64,000 nt of DNA, taken from positions 1,483 to 65,482 of the forward strand of contig DASTFB010000101.1 of assembly GCA_035709005.1 (NCBI GenBank), given 5' to 3'. The stretch is from Candidatus Methylomirabilota bacterium. GTDB taxonomy: Bacteria; Methylomirabilota; Methylomirabilia; Rokubacteriales; CSP1-6. Numbering within the stretch: the first letter of the stretch is position 1; each line of letters opens with the position of its first letter. Positions 45,723 to 54,809 of the stretch are shown piece after piece. The position numbers and the translations under genes were made by a program. The notes under the pieces are model-generated. The model did no database searches. It had not been told where the DNA came from and saw only the letters and a program-made list of their open reading frames with translations.

Positions 45723-46513
45723 TGGGGAGCGTCCTCTACGAGCAGAAGGACCGGGTCGTCACCATCACCATCAACCGTCCGGAAGCCATGAATGCGATCG
45801 ACCCCGAGACGCAGCAGGCGCTGGTCGAGGCCTGGATGCGGTTTCGTGACGACGACTCGGCCTGGGTCGCGATCCTGACCGGCGCCGGCGATCGGGCCTT
45901 CTCGGCCGGCGCCGACCTCAAGAAGATGATGCCCGCCGCCCTGTCGGGCGGGCGCGGCTACGACCCGGTGCACCACGGCAGCTACGGCCTGGGAGGCATC
46001 ACCCGCGGGCTGGAGATCTTCAAGCCCATGATCGCCGCGATCAACGGCTTCTGTCTGGCCGGCGGCCTGGAGCAAGCGCTGGCCTGCGACATCCGCATCG
46101 CGGCCTCCCACGCGCGCTTCGGCCTCACCGAGGTCCGGTGGGCCATCATGCCCGGCGCCGGCGGGACCCAGCGGCTGCCACGAACGGTCGGACTCACCAG
46201 GGCCCTGCAGATGATCCTCACCGGCGAGCAGATCGACGCCGCCGAGGCCCTCCGCATCGGCCTCGTCAACAGCGTGGTGGCGCCGTCCGAGCTCATGCCC
46301 GCCGCGCACGCCGTGGCGGCGACGCTCTGCGAGCGGGGGCCGCTGGCGCTGCGCGCCGCCAAGGAGGCGGTGATCCGCGGCCTGTCGCTGCCGCTGCCAG
46401 ACGGCCTCAGGCTGGAGGCGTTCCTGGCCGGCACGCTGCGCGGCACCGAGGACGCCGTCGAGGGGCCGCGGGCCTTCGCCGAGAAGCGCGTGCCTCAGTT
46501 CAAGGCGCGGTGA
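45722..46513 (+). CDS. Enoyl-CoA hydratase/isomerase (crotonase family)
   Basis: Oxyanion-hole motifs FSAGADL and ...GFCLAGGLE... Confidence 0.85.
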   Translation: MGSVLYEQKDRVVTITINRPEAMNAIDPETQQALVEAWMRFRDDDSAWVAILTGAGDRAFSAGADLKKMMPAALSGGRGYDPVHHGSYGLGGITRGLEIFKPMIAAINGFCLAGGLEQALACDIRIAASHARFGLTEVRWAIMPGAGGTQRLPRTVGLTRALQMILTGEQIDAAEALRIGLVNSVVAPSELMPAAHAVAATLCERGPLALRAAKEAVIRGLSLPLPDGLRLEAFLAGTLRGTEDAVEGPRAFAEKRVPQFKAR

Positions 46514-47097
46514 GCCGAACCGCGATGACCACCGCCGAGCTGGTCGGGCGCACCCGCGCCCGCCTGGAGCACCGGGCCCGCCGGACAGCGCCGCCCGGAC
46601 GCCTGGTGCCGGCCGCAGTGCTGGTGCCGATCGTCGACCGCGGCGAGCCCTACCTGGTCTTCGCCAAGCGCACCGAGCGGGTGGGACACCACAAGGGACA
46701 GATCGCCTTCCCCGGCGGGATCGTCGACCCCGACGACGGCTCGTTCCTCGCGGCCGCCCTGCGGGAGTGCGAGGAGGAGATCGGGTTGCCGCGGCACGCG
46801 GTCGAGGCCCTGGGCGTGCTCGACGACATCGAGACGGTGGCCACCCAGTTCGTCGTCACGCCCTTCGTCGGGCTCGTCCGGGAGAGCGTCGCCTGGCGGC
46901 CGGATGGTGAGGAGATCGAGAGGGTCATCGAGGTGCCCTGGTCGGCGCTGCGGGATCCGAGGCGCTTCCGGGTGGAGCACTGGGAGCGGGACGGGGTCCG
47001 CCGCCCCGTGTACTTCTACGAGTGGGACGGCGAGACGATCTGGGGGGCGACCGCGCGCATCGTCAAGCACTACCTCGATCTCGTCCAGGAGCCGTGA
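46510..47097 (+). CDS. NUDIX hydrolase, CoA pyrophosphatase-like
   Basis: Nudix box GGIVDPDDGSFLAAALRECEEEIG. NuCoA-like upstream region. Confidence 0.75.
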   Translation: MSRTAMTTAELVGRTRARLEHRARRTAPPGRLVPAAVLVPIVDRGEPYLVFAKRTERVGHHKGQIAFPGGIVDPDDGSFLAAALRECEEEIGLPRHAVEALGVLDDIETVATQFVVTPFVGLVRESVAWRPDGEEIERVIEVPWSALRDPRRFRVEHWERDGVRRPVYFYEWDGETIWGATARIVKHYLDLVQEP

Positions 47098-47320
47098 CCG
47101 GCGCCTCCGGGCCGACGACACCGGTCGGCCTCTGCGCGCGATGCCAGCACGCTCGGCCGGCGACCTCGCGACGCGGCTCGACGTTCTGGCGGTGCGCCCT
47201 CAGCGCTCACGACCCGCGCTTTCCGAAATACCCGCGCCTGCCGGTGCTGGCGTGCGCGGGGTACGTCGCCGGCGGTGACCAGCCCTCCACCGCCGGCGAC
47301 TCGTGCTCCGAGCGCTCCGG

Positions 47321-47773
47321 TTAGGAGCGGTCAGGCGCGCGCTTGTGGAAGTGCCCGCGGCCCTCCCCGAGCTTGGCGAACGCTTCCCGCTGTTCCGGGG
47401 TGAGCACCGGGGTGATCGCCTGGAGCATCTTCACGCGCTGCTCCACCCCAGCCGCGGCCAGCTGCTGCACCTCGGCCTGCTTGGCGTCGATGCTGGCCTG
47501 GTCGGCTTCGATCAGAACGAGGCGGCGGAGCTCGGTCTGGGCTGCCCGCATCTGCTGCCAGTGCTGCTTGCGGGCCTCGGCGTTACGCGTGCGGATCTCG
47601 CGGATTGCCTGGACCTGCTGATCGGTGAGCCCCAGCCGCTGCTGGAGCCGCTCCTCCCAGGCGTGATGTCGAGCGTGCGCCCGCTTGGGCTCCTGCGCGA
47701 AGGCGGCCGTCGATACCGCGAGGGCGCTGAGGGTCAGCAGCGCGGCGGCCCGGAACAATACGGTGGTTCTCAT
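47321..47773 (-). CDS. Periplasmic Spy/CpxP-family (LTxxQ) protein
   Basis: Signal peptide. Two LTxxQ motifs (LTDQQ, LTPEQ). Confidence 0.7.
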   Translation of the reverse strand: MRTTVLFRAAALLTLSALAVSTAAFAQEPKRAHARHHAWEERLQQRLGLTDQQVQAIREIRTRNAEARKQHWQQMRAAQTELRRLVLIEADQASIDAKQAEVQQLAAAGVEQRVKMLQAITPVLTPEQREAFAKLGEGRGHFHKRAPDRS

Positions 47774-47865
47774 CCGAAGGGACACCTCCATCGAAGATTC
47801 GATACTCGGCAGGTAAGACGGACGGCTGACGTCCGCCGTTTACGCGGTGGTTCGAGCGCGACCTG

Positions 47866-48831
47866 TCAAGGCCACCACAGATAGAGGAAGCGCGGCCCGG
47901 GTGCGGCCAGGGCGGCGAGGCCGGACACGCTCGCCTCGAGCCCCCCACTGGCGCCCTCGGCCCGTGCGTAGTACGTCGCGCGGTACTGCCGCGGCCTCCG
48001 GTAGACCACAACGCGCGCTTCGCTCACGCCGGCCGCTTGCCGGGCCAGGGCCAGCGCGTCCGGCATGTAGCCGAGACGGTCGACGAGGCCGTGGGTCAGG
48101 GCCTGCTGGGCCGTGAACACGCGGCCGTCGGCCAGCCGGCCCGCGGCGTCGGCAGACAGCCGCCGGCGCTCGGCCACCTTGGCCACGAACTGGCGGTGCA
48201 GATCGTCGATCACCGACTGCAAGATCGTCCGTTCCTCGCCGGTGAGGGGACGGAAAGGGCTGCCCATGTCCTTGTGCTCGCCGGACTTGATCGTGGTGGC
48301 CGCCACGCCGATCTTCTGCATGAGCCCTTCGGCGTTGACGTTCACCATGATCGTCCCGATGGAGCCGGTCACAGTCGTCGGGTGCGCGATGATCGTGTCG
48401 GCGGCCAGGGCGACGTAGTAGCCGCCGGACGCGGCCACGTCCATGAGGGCCGCCACCATCGGGATCTTGGCCCGCTCCCGGAAGAGCTGCAGCTCCCGGT
48501 ACACGATGTCGGAGGCGGTCACCGTGCCGCCCGGGCTGTTGATCCGCACGACCAGCGCCCGCACCTTCGGATCCTCCTGGGCCTTCTTGAGCTCTTCACG
48601 GATGCGGACGAGCAGGGGAACGCGCGCGGGGGGCGAGCCGAGCGTGAGCACCGGCGTCACCGCCTCGTCGCTGAGGATGCCCGAGATGTCGAGGAGCAGG
48701 ACCTTGGCGTCGCCCCGGCCCTCGACCGTCGTCTCTTCCAGCGGGCGGATGGGCGGCGTGAGGTCGAGCGAGACGACCGAGCAGCCGGCCAGCAAGAGGA
48801 AGATCGCGCAGACGGCCCACCGGACAGGCAC
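47866..48831 (-). CDS. sppA: Signal peptide peptidase SppA (36K type) lipoprotein
   Basis: Lipobox LLAGC. Catalytic Ser in ASGGYY. Lys in the ...GSIGT... region. Confidence 0.8.
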   Translation of the reverse strand: MPVRWAVCAIFLLLAGCSVVSLDLTPPIRPLEETTVEGRGDAKVLLLDISGILSDEAVTPVLTLGSPPARVPLLVRIREELKKAQEDPKVRALVVRINSPGGTVTASDIVYRELQLFRERAKIPMVAALMDVAASGGYYVALAADTIIAHPTTVTGSIGTIMVNVNAEGLMQKIGVAATTIKSGEHKDMGSPFRPLTGEERTILQSVIDDLHRQFVAKVAERRRLSADAAGRLADGRVFTAQQALTHGLVDRLGYMPDALALARQAAGVSEARVVVYRRPRQYRATYYARAEGASGGLEASVSGLAALAAPGPRFLYLWWP

Positions 48832-48894
48832 GGGTCGAGTATACCGAAGCCTCGGCCTTGCCGGCTCGTGGTCCCGAGCGGATAATCGCGCTCC

Positions 48895-49872
48895 GTGGGC
48901 GGGCTCACCATCGACGACGTGCGGGCGGCCGCCCGCCGGCTGGCCGGACGGATCACGCGCACGCCGGTGCTCACCGCCGAGTCCCTGGATCACCGCAGCA
49001 CCCTCCGGCTCTTCTTCAAGTGCGAGAACCTCCAGCGCGCCGGCGCCTTCAAGATCCGCGGGGCCCTGAACCGGCTGCTCATGCTCACGCCCTCGGAGCG
49101 CGAGCGCGGCGTGCTGGCCTTCTCCTCCGGCAACCACGCCCAGGGCGTGGCCCTCGCGGCTCGTCTCGTCTCCACCACGGCGGTCATCGTGATGCCGACC
49201 GACGCGCCCGCGTCGAAGGTGGCAGCCACGCGGGGGTACGGGGCCGAGATTGTCACCTACGACCGGTTACGCGAGGACCGCGAGGCCATCGCCCGGCGTC
49301 TGGCCGGCGAGACGGGGCGCGTGCTCGTCCCGCCGTTCGACGACTACGCGATCATGGCCGGGCAGGGGACCGCCGCGCTCGAGTTGCTGGAGGAGATCCC
49401 CGACCTCGACGCGCTGATCGCGCCCGTCGGCGGCGGTGGACTCATGGCCGGCTGCAGCACGGTGGCGCGGGCGCTCCGGCCCCAGATCGCGATCTTCGGC
49501 GTGGAGGCCGACACGGCGAACGACACCTACCTCTCGCTCCACAAGGGCGAACGGGTGACGATCCCGCCGCCGCCGACGATCGCCGACGGCATCCGGCTCA
49601 CGACCCCTGGCGCGCTGACATTCCCCATTCTCCAGGGCAACCTCACCGACATCGTGCTCGTCACCGACGACGAGATCCGGGAGGCCGTGCGCGCGCTCAC
49701 CCTCGGGCTGAAGGTCGTCGTGGAACCCACCGGCGCCGTCGCGGCCGCAGCGGCGCTCGCCGGCCACCTGCCGCTTCCCGCCGGGGCCAGGGTCGGCGTG
49801 ATCCTCTCCGGCGGTAACGTCGATCTCGCGCTCCTGATCGAGATCCTCAGCGGGCGTGGAACGCCGGGATGA
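48895..49872 (+). CDS. PLP-dependent threonine/serine dehydratase
   Basis: PLP-lysine motif ENLQRAGAFKIRGA. Glycine-rich GGGGL. Confidence 0.8.
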   Translation: MGGLTIDDVRAAARRLAGRITRTPVLTAESLDHRSTLRLFFKCENLQRAGAFKIRGALNRLLMLTPSERERGVLAFSSGNHAQGVALAARLVSTTAVIVMPTDAPASKVAATRGYGAEIVTYDRLREDREAIARRLAGETGRVLVPPFDDYAIMAGQGTAALELLEEIPDLDALIAPVGGGGLMAGCSTVARALRPQIAIFGVEADTANDTYLSLHKGERVTIPPPPTIADGIRLTTPGALTFPILQGNLTDIVLVTDDEIREAVRALTLGLKVVVEPTGAVAAAAALAGHLPLPAGARVGVILSGGNVDLALLIEILSGRGTPG

Positions 49873-50782
49873 TCTCCTCGGCCACCCGCTGCACCTGCTC
49901 GAGCACCCGGTCGGGCGGGCACATCGGCCGGAGCACGAATTTCGAGCCGCCGGCCCGCACGTATTCCTCCAGTCGCTCGTTCAGCAGGGCGGGGGGCCCG
50001 AACGCCGTGCACCGGGCCAGCGTGGCGTCGTCGGCGCGATTGCGGGGGACGAAGGGCGCGGCCATGACCGCCGCCGTCGCTCGGTCGGAGGCCAGGCAGA
50101 AGTAGACGAGCGCGCCGAAGTGGTCGGCGGGCACCTCCCGCCCCGCTTCGGCGGCGAGGGCCTGAGTCTTCTCTACCCCGACCCGAAACTGTTCAGGCGT
50201 GATGAACGACGGGATCCAGCCGTCGCCCAGGCGCCCCGCCCGCCGCATCGCGGCCTCGCTGTTGCCGCCGATCCACACGGGCAACGGCTGCTGGACGGGT
50301 CGGGGCAGCACGGTGATGCGCTCGAGCTGCCAGAACTCGCCGGCGTGGGTCACCTCGTCCTCGGACCAGCAACGGCGCATGATGGCGATGGCCTCGTCGG
50401 TGCGCCGGCCGCGCTCCTTGAAGGGCACGCCGGCGGCGCGGAACTCGCGCTCCTGCTCCACACCCACGCCGAAGGCGGGCAGCAGGCGACCGCCGGAGAG
50501 GAAGTCGATGGTAGCGAGCTCGCGGGCCAGCAGGACCGGGGTCCGGAAGGGCGTGATCAGCACGCTGGGGCCGAACTTCAGACGCCGCGTCCGCGCCGCC
50601 ACGGCGGCCATCGCGGCGATCGGCTCGAGCACCGGCGCCGGCGACGTCAGGCGCTCGTTGAACCACAGCGAGTCGACGTCGCTCCGCTCGCACAGGTCCA
50701 CGAACCGCCAGAAAGCCTCGGCGCCGGCCGCGCCGGCCGGCCAGCCCCCCGGCATGACGCCCAGACGGTACTTGATCTTCAT
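49847..50782 (-). CDS. LLM-class (possibly F420-dependent) oxidoreductase
   Basis: Luciferase-like TIM-barrel motifs. Start overlaps the stop of the upstream PP-loop gene. Confidence 0.75.
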   Translation of the reverse strand: MKIKYRLGVMPGGWPAGAAGAEAFWRFVDLCERSDVDSLWFNERLTSPAPVLEPIAAMAAVAARTRRLKFGPSVLITPFRTPVLLARELATIDFLSGGRLLPAFGVGVEQEREFRAAGVPFKERGRRTDEAIAIMRRCWSEDEVTHAGEFWQLERITVLPRPVQQPLPVWIGGNSEAAMRRAGRLGDGWIPSFITPEQFRVGVEKTQALAAEAGREVPADHFGALVYFCLASDRATAAVMAAPFVPRNRADDATLARCTAFGPPALLNERLEEYVRAGGSKFVLRPMCPPDRVLEQVQRVAEEIIPAFHAR

Positions 50783-51498
50783 GCCGGGATGCTACCACGC
50801 GCCGGATCCCTGGCGGTTCGATCGCGCACCTGCTTCGGCACCAGATCGATGAAGCAGAATCCGTCGCGAGAAACAGCGTCCCCCGGCTGCACGGCGATCT
50901 CGGCCGCAAACATCGGTCCAGCGAAACAGAACGTGTGGAACTCTCCGCGTTCCCCGCACGGATCGACGCCGCCTGGCAACTCGGCCAACAACGCCGCGTC
51001 GTACAGGCGGCCGACGAAGGCCTCGGGAAGCTTCTTGGGGTCGACGCACGTCAGCACCGCCCGCAGGCCACCGCGCAGCATGCTATGGGCGAGGGCCGGT
51101 GTGTCGGCGGCCGAGCACCATAACGGAAAGAGCGGCTCGATCCCCGTGCCGGACAGCATGCGGAGGCGGTACTCCCGCACGTCCTCCAGGAACAGGTCGC
51201 CAAAGGCGACGTGCGTCACGCCTTCTTGTCGTGCGCGCCCGATCACCGCACGCATCCTTTCCTCGTACCGGGCGTTGGAACAGGGGAACGGCAGAGGAAC
51301 TGGCCAGAGGGGCAGACCGGCCGCCAGGGCTTGTTCTTCCACGAGAGCGTGGCGAACCGCGTGCATCGCCACACGGTCCGCGGCTTCGTTGAACGTGGTG
51401 AGCAGGCCCACGACCTCCACGTCCCTCCGCTGGCGGAGGACGTGCAGGGTCCAGGCGCTGTCCTTGCCCGAGCTCCAGGAAAGCAGAACGCGGCGCAT
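50779..51498 (-). CDS. PP-loop ATP pyrophosphatase of the Dph6/MJ0570-like (ATP_bind_4) family
   Basis: PP-loop SWSSGKDS at the N-terminus. EGVTHVAFGD central motif. Confidence 0.6.
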   Translation of the reverse strand: MRRVLLSWSSGKDSAWTLHVLRQRRDVEVVGLLTTFNEAADRVAMHAVRHALVEEQALAAGLPLWPVPLPFPCSNARYEERMRAVIGRARQEGVTHVAFGDLFLEDVREYRLRMLSGTGIEPLFPLWCSAADTPALAHSMLRGGLRAVLTCVDPKKLPEAFVGRLYDAALLAELPGGVDPCGERGEFHTFCFAGPMFAAEIAVQPGDAVSRDGFCFIDLVPKQVRDRTARDPARGSIPA

Positions 51499-51630
51499 AC
51501 GGGTGGTTCCTTTAGAGGCCTCGCCTCGCCCCGGCCTGTGACGCGTTGATCGCATCGGTAAACGTAACACCTCCGCGAGGGCGATCGAAGAGACGCTTGC
51601 GTTTGACCTTTGTCCGGGTGCCCGTCTACA

Positions 51631-51646
51631 ATGAACCGCGGTTCAT
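51631..51646. promoter_or_regulatory. Putative TetR-family operator: perfect 16-bp palindrome ATGAACCGCGGTTCAT
   Basis: Located 11 nt upstream of the TetR start codon. Confidence 0.5.
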
Positions 51647-51656
51647 TCGCCCGATC

Positions 51657-52244
51657 ATGCGTGATCCGAGCAAGCCCCAGCAGATCATCGAAGCCGCGAT
51701 CCGGGTCTTCGCCCGCAACGGCTACTACAACTCGCGCGTGAGCGACATCGCCCGCGAGGCCGGGATCGCCAGCGGCACCATTTACCTGTACTTCAAGACC
51801 AAGGAAGAGATCCTCGTCACGCTGTTCCGGGAGAAGATGGCCGAGTGGGTGGACCAGGTGCGCCGCCAGATCGCGGCGGAGCCGGACGCGGTGGCCAAGA
51901 TCCGGCGACTGGTGGCGCTGCACTTCGGCGTGCTCGAGAAGGATCCCCACCTGGCCGAGGTCGTGCAGGTCGAGCTGCGCCAGGGGCACAAGTTCTTCCG
52001 CGGAGCGTCCGCCCACGAAGTGTCGGCGTACTTCGACCTCATCGGCTCTATCCTGGAGCAGGGCATCGCGGCCGGGCAGTTCCGGGCCGACCTGCCCGTC
52101 AAGCTGGCGACCAAGATGCTCTTCGGGGCGATGGATCAGGTGGCCACATCGTGGGTCCTGGGCAAGCGTGCCTATCAGCTCAGCGACGCCGCCGAGCCGG
52201 TGGCGTCGCTCTTCTTGCGAGGAGTGTGCCGCGATGACGTTTGA
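51657..52244 (+). CDS. TetR/AcrR-family transcriptional regulator (FadR-of-Bacillus-like)
   Basis: N-terminal HTH (NGYYNSRVSDIAREAGIASGTIYLYF). Confidence 0.8.
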   Translation: MRDPSKPQQIIEAAIRVFARNGYYNSRVSDIAREAGIASGTIYLYFKTKEEILVTLFREKMAEWVDQVRRQIAAEPDAVAKIRRLVALHFGVLEKDPHLAEVVQVELRQGHKFFRGASAHEVSAYFDLIGSILEQGIAAGQFRADLPVKLATKMLFGAMDQVATSWVLGKRAYQLSDAAEPVASLFLRGVCRDDV

Positions 52245-53007
52245 GACCCTGCTGTTCGTGCGGGAGGAGAGCTTCGTCGTGATCACGCTCAACCGGCCCC
52301 CCGCCAACGCCATCAGCGAGCCGCTCATGCAGGAGCTCAACGAGGCTCTAGCCGCCGTGGAGCAGGACGAGACGGTGCGGGCCGTCATCATCACCGGCAG
52401 CGGTGACCGCATCTTCTGCGCCGGCGCCGACCTGGGCTCGGCCTTCGCGGGCGGCAGCGTGGATGCGTTCATCCGCTTCGGCAACGGTGTGCTCAGGCGC
52501 ATCGAGCGGTTCCCCAAGCCGGTGATCGCGGCCCTCAACGGTCACGCCCTGGGCGGCGGCTGCGAGATCGCCATGGCCTGCCACTTCCGGCTGCTCAAGG
52601 AGTCGGCGCGCATGGGCCAGACCGAGTCGAATCTGGGCATCATCCCGGGCTTCGGCGGAACCCAGCGCATGCCCCGCCTCATCGGCCGGACGAAGGCGCT
52701 GGAGTTCATGATTCTGGGCACCCAGGTTCCCGCCCCCGAGTGCCTGGCTCTCGGGCTCGTGAATCGTCTGAGCAAAGAGGGCGAAACCCTCGATGATGCA
52801 AAGGCTTTAGCCGGGCTCATCGCCAGGCGACCGCCGATCGCCACGCGCCTCATCATCGAGGCCGTGGACGACGGCCTGGCGGGCCCGATCGACCAGGCTC
52901 TCGAGATCGAGGCCCGGGCCTTCCTCAAGACGCTGCGCACGGAGGACGCTGCCGAGGGCATCCAGGCGTTCTTCGCCAAGCGCGAGCCCGAGTTCAAGGG
53001 GCGCTGA
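52234..53007 (+). CDS. Enoyl-CoA hydratase/isomerase
   Basis: Crotonase fold (FCAGADL...NGHALGGGCE). Confidence 0.85.
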   Translation: MTFETLLFVREESFVVITLNRPPANAISEPLMQELNEALAAVEQDETVRAVIITGSGDRIFCAGADLGSAFAGGSVDAFIRFGNGVLRRIERFPKPVIAALNGHALGGGCEIAMACHFRLLKESARMGQTESNLGIIPGFGGTQRMPRLIGRTKALEFMILGTQVPAPECLALGLVNRLSKEGETLDDAKALAGLIARRPPIATRLIIEAVDDGLAGPIDQALEIEARAFLKTLRTEDAAEGIQAFFAKREPEFKGR

Positions 53008-53009
53008 GG

Positions 53010-53759
53010 ATGGACCTGGGCATCCGCGACCGCGTGGCCATCGTGACCGGGGGGGCCCGCAGCCTGGGCCGGGCCGACGTGGAGGTGCTGGCCGCGGAGG
53101 GCTGCCGGGTCGCCGTGCTCGACCTCAACGCCGAGGGCGCGGAAGAGGCGGCCAAGGAGGTCACCGCGGCCGGCGGCGTCGCCCGTGGCTACGCCTGCGA
53201 CGTGCGCGATGCCGGGCGCGTCGCCGAGGTGGCGGCAGCCGTGGAGCGCGATCTGGGGCCGGTCTCGATCTGCGTCAACAACGCCGGCTTCGTCTACACG
53301 GTGGGTCAGCTCAAGGACACGCGGCTGGAGGACTGGGAGCTGAACCTGGCGATCAACCTCACCGGGACCTTCAATGTCACCAAGGCCGTCTTCCCGGGCA
53401 TGCGGGAGCGGAAATGGGGCCGGATCGTGTGCATGGCGTCCATCGCCGGCCTCATGGGCGGGTTCGGGCAGGCGGCCTACGCCACCACCAAGATGGGCGT
53501 GATCGGGTTCGCCCGCTCGGTGGCGCTGGAGGGGGCCCGCCACAACGTGACCTGCAACGTCATCGCGCCGGGGATCATCGGGCCCAACGCCAGGCTCTCT
53601 CCCCTGTACGACCGCATGGTCAAGCGGGTGGCGATGCAGCGCGAGGGCGAGCCGGAGGACGTGGCCAGCGCCATCGCCTTCCTGTGCTCGGAGCGGGCCC
53701 GCTACATCACCGGGGCGGTGCTGACCGTCACCGGCGGCATGGATCTGTTCACCTTCTAG
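53010..53759 (+). CDS. SDR family oxidoreductase (3-hydroxyacyl-CoA / 3-oxoacyl reductase-like)
   Basis: TGGARSLG, NNAG, YATTK. Confidence 0.85.
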   Translation: MDLGIRDRVAIVTGGARSLGRADVEVLAAEGCRVAVLDLNAEGAEEAAKEVTAAGGVARGYACDVRDAGRVAEVAAAVERDLGPVSICVNNAGFVYTVGQLKDTRLEDWELNLAINLTGTFNVTKAVFPGMRERKWGRIVCMASIAGLMGGFGQAAYATTKMGVIGFARSVALEGARHNVTCNVIAPGIIGPNARLSPLYDRMVKRVAMQREGEPEDVASAIAFLCSERARYITGAVLTVTGGMDLFTF

Positions 53760-53768
53760 AGGAGGGGT

Positions 53769-54092
53769 GTGATGGCGACCGTGAGCGAAGTGTTCGACCA
53801 GATGGCGAGCCGGTTCCGCGCCGACAAGGCCACCGGCACGAACGCCGTCGTGCAGTACGACATCACCGGCGAGGGCGGCGGGACCTGGCACGCCACGATC
53901 AAGGACGGGGCCTGCGCGGTGCAGCCCGGGCCGGCGACCAATCCCAACCTGACCCTGTCCATGGCGGCCCAGGACTGGCTGGACATGGTCTCGGGCAAGC
54001 AGTCGGGCCAGATGCTGTTCATGTCGGGCAAGCTCAAGCTGAAGGGCGACATGGGGCTGGCCATGAAGCTGGGGTCCATGTTCTCGATGTAG
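53769..54092 (+). CDS. SCP2 sterol-binding domain protein
   Basis: 107 aa with the SCP-2 pattern (...FMSGKLKLKGDMGLAMKL...). Confidence 0.7.
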   Translation: MMATVSEVFDQMASRFRADKATGTNAVVQYDITGEGGGTWHATIKDGACAVQPGPATNPNLTLSMAAQDWLDMVSGKQSGQMLFMSGKLKLKGDMGLAMKLGSMFSM

Positions 54093-54162
54093 GCGAGGGC
54101 TGGGCGCGGCGCCTTGTGAGCATTGACGCAGGGTGTTAGACTCCCTGCGACAAGGAAGCCTG

Positions 54163-54654
54163 ATGGCCTACGTCATCAAGCGCTACTCGAATCGCAAGCT
54201 CTACGACACGCAGGAAAGCCGCTACGTCACCCTCGAGGAGATCGAGGAGATGATCCGGGCGGGCAAGGAAGTATCCGTGGTCGACGCGGCCTCCGGCGAG
54301 GATCTCACGTCGGTGACGTTGACCCAGATCATTCTGGAGAACGAGCGGACCCGTCGCAGCGCGCTGCCCCCGGCGTTCCTGCACCAGCTCATCAAGTACG
54401 GCGAGACATGGCACGACTTCGTCCAGCGTTCCATGCGGGCCAGTCTCGAGGGGATCGTCTCGAACCAGCGGGAGATGGAGCGAATCGTCCGCGAGTGGGC
54501 GACGCGGGCCGGATGGCCGGCGAGCTCCGGCCGGGCCGAACCCAAGCGAGAGGGCGATCCCGACGCCGACCGCCTGCGCCAGGAGGTGGCCGCGCTCCGC
54601 GAGCGCCTGCGCGCGCTGGAGGAGCGGCTCGAGAAACGCCGGGCCGAGAAGTAG
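54163..54654 (+). CDS. phaR: Polyhydroxyalkanoate synthesis repressor PhaR
   Basis: N-terminal PHB_acc_N motif IKRYSNRKLYDT. C-terminal coiled coil. SD AAGGAAG. Confidence 0.75.
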   Translation: MAYVIKRYSNRKLYDTQESRYVTLEEIEEMIRAGKEVSVVDAASGEDLTSVTLTQIILENERTRRSALPPAFLHQLIKYGETWHDFVQRSMRASLEGIVSNQREMERIVREWATRAGWPASSGRAEPKREGDPDADRLRQEVAALRERLRALEERLEKRRAEK

Positions 54655-54809
54655 CCGTCCGAGCCCCTGCCTGAGCGATCATTGTCTCGGGCCTGGCCGA
54701 GCGTTGTTGACAACGCGCTGCGTTACGACCGGGGTCGGGTCGCGCAATGCGTCACACAGCAGCGTGATACGGTTCTGGCCCGATCCAAGGCGTCCGAGGA
54801 GGCAGGCTG

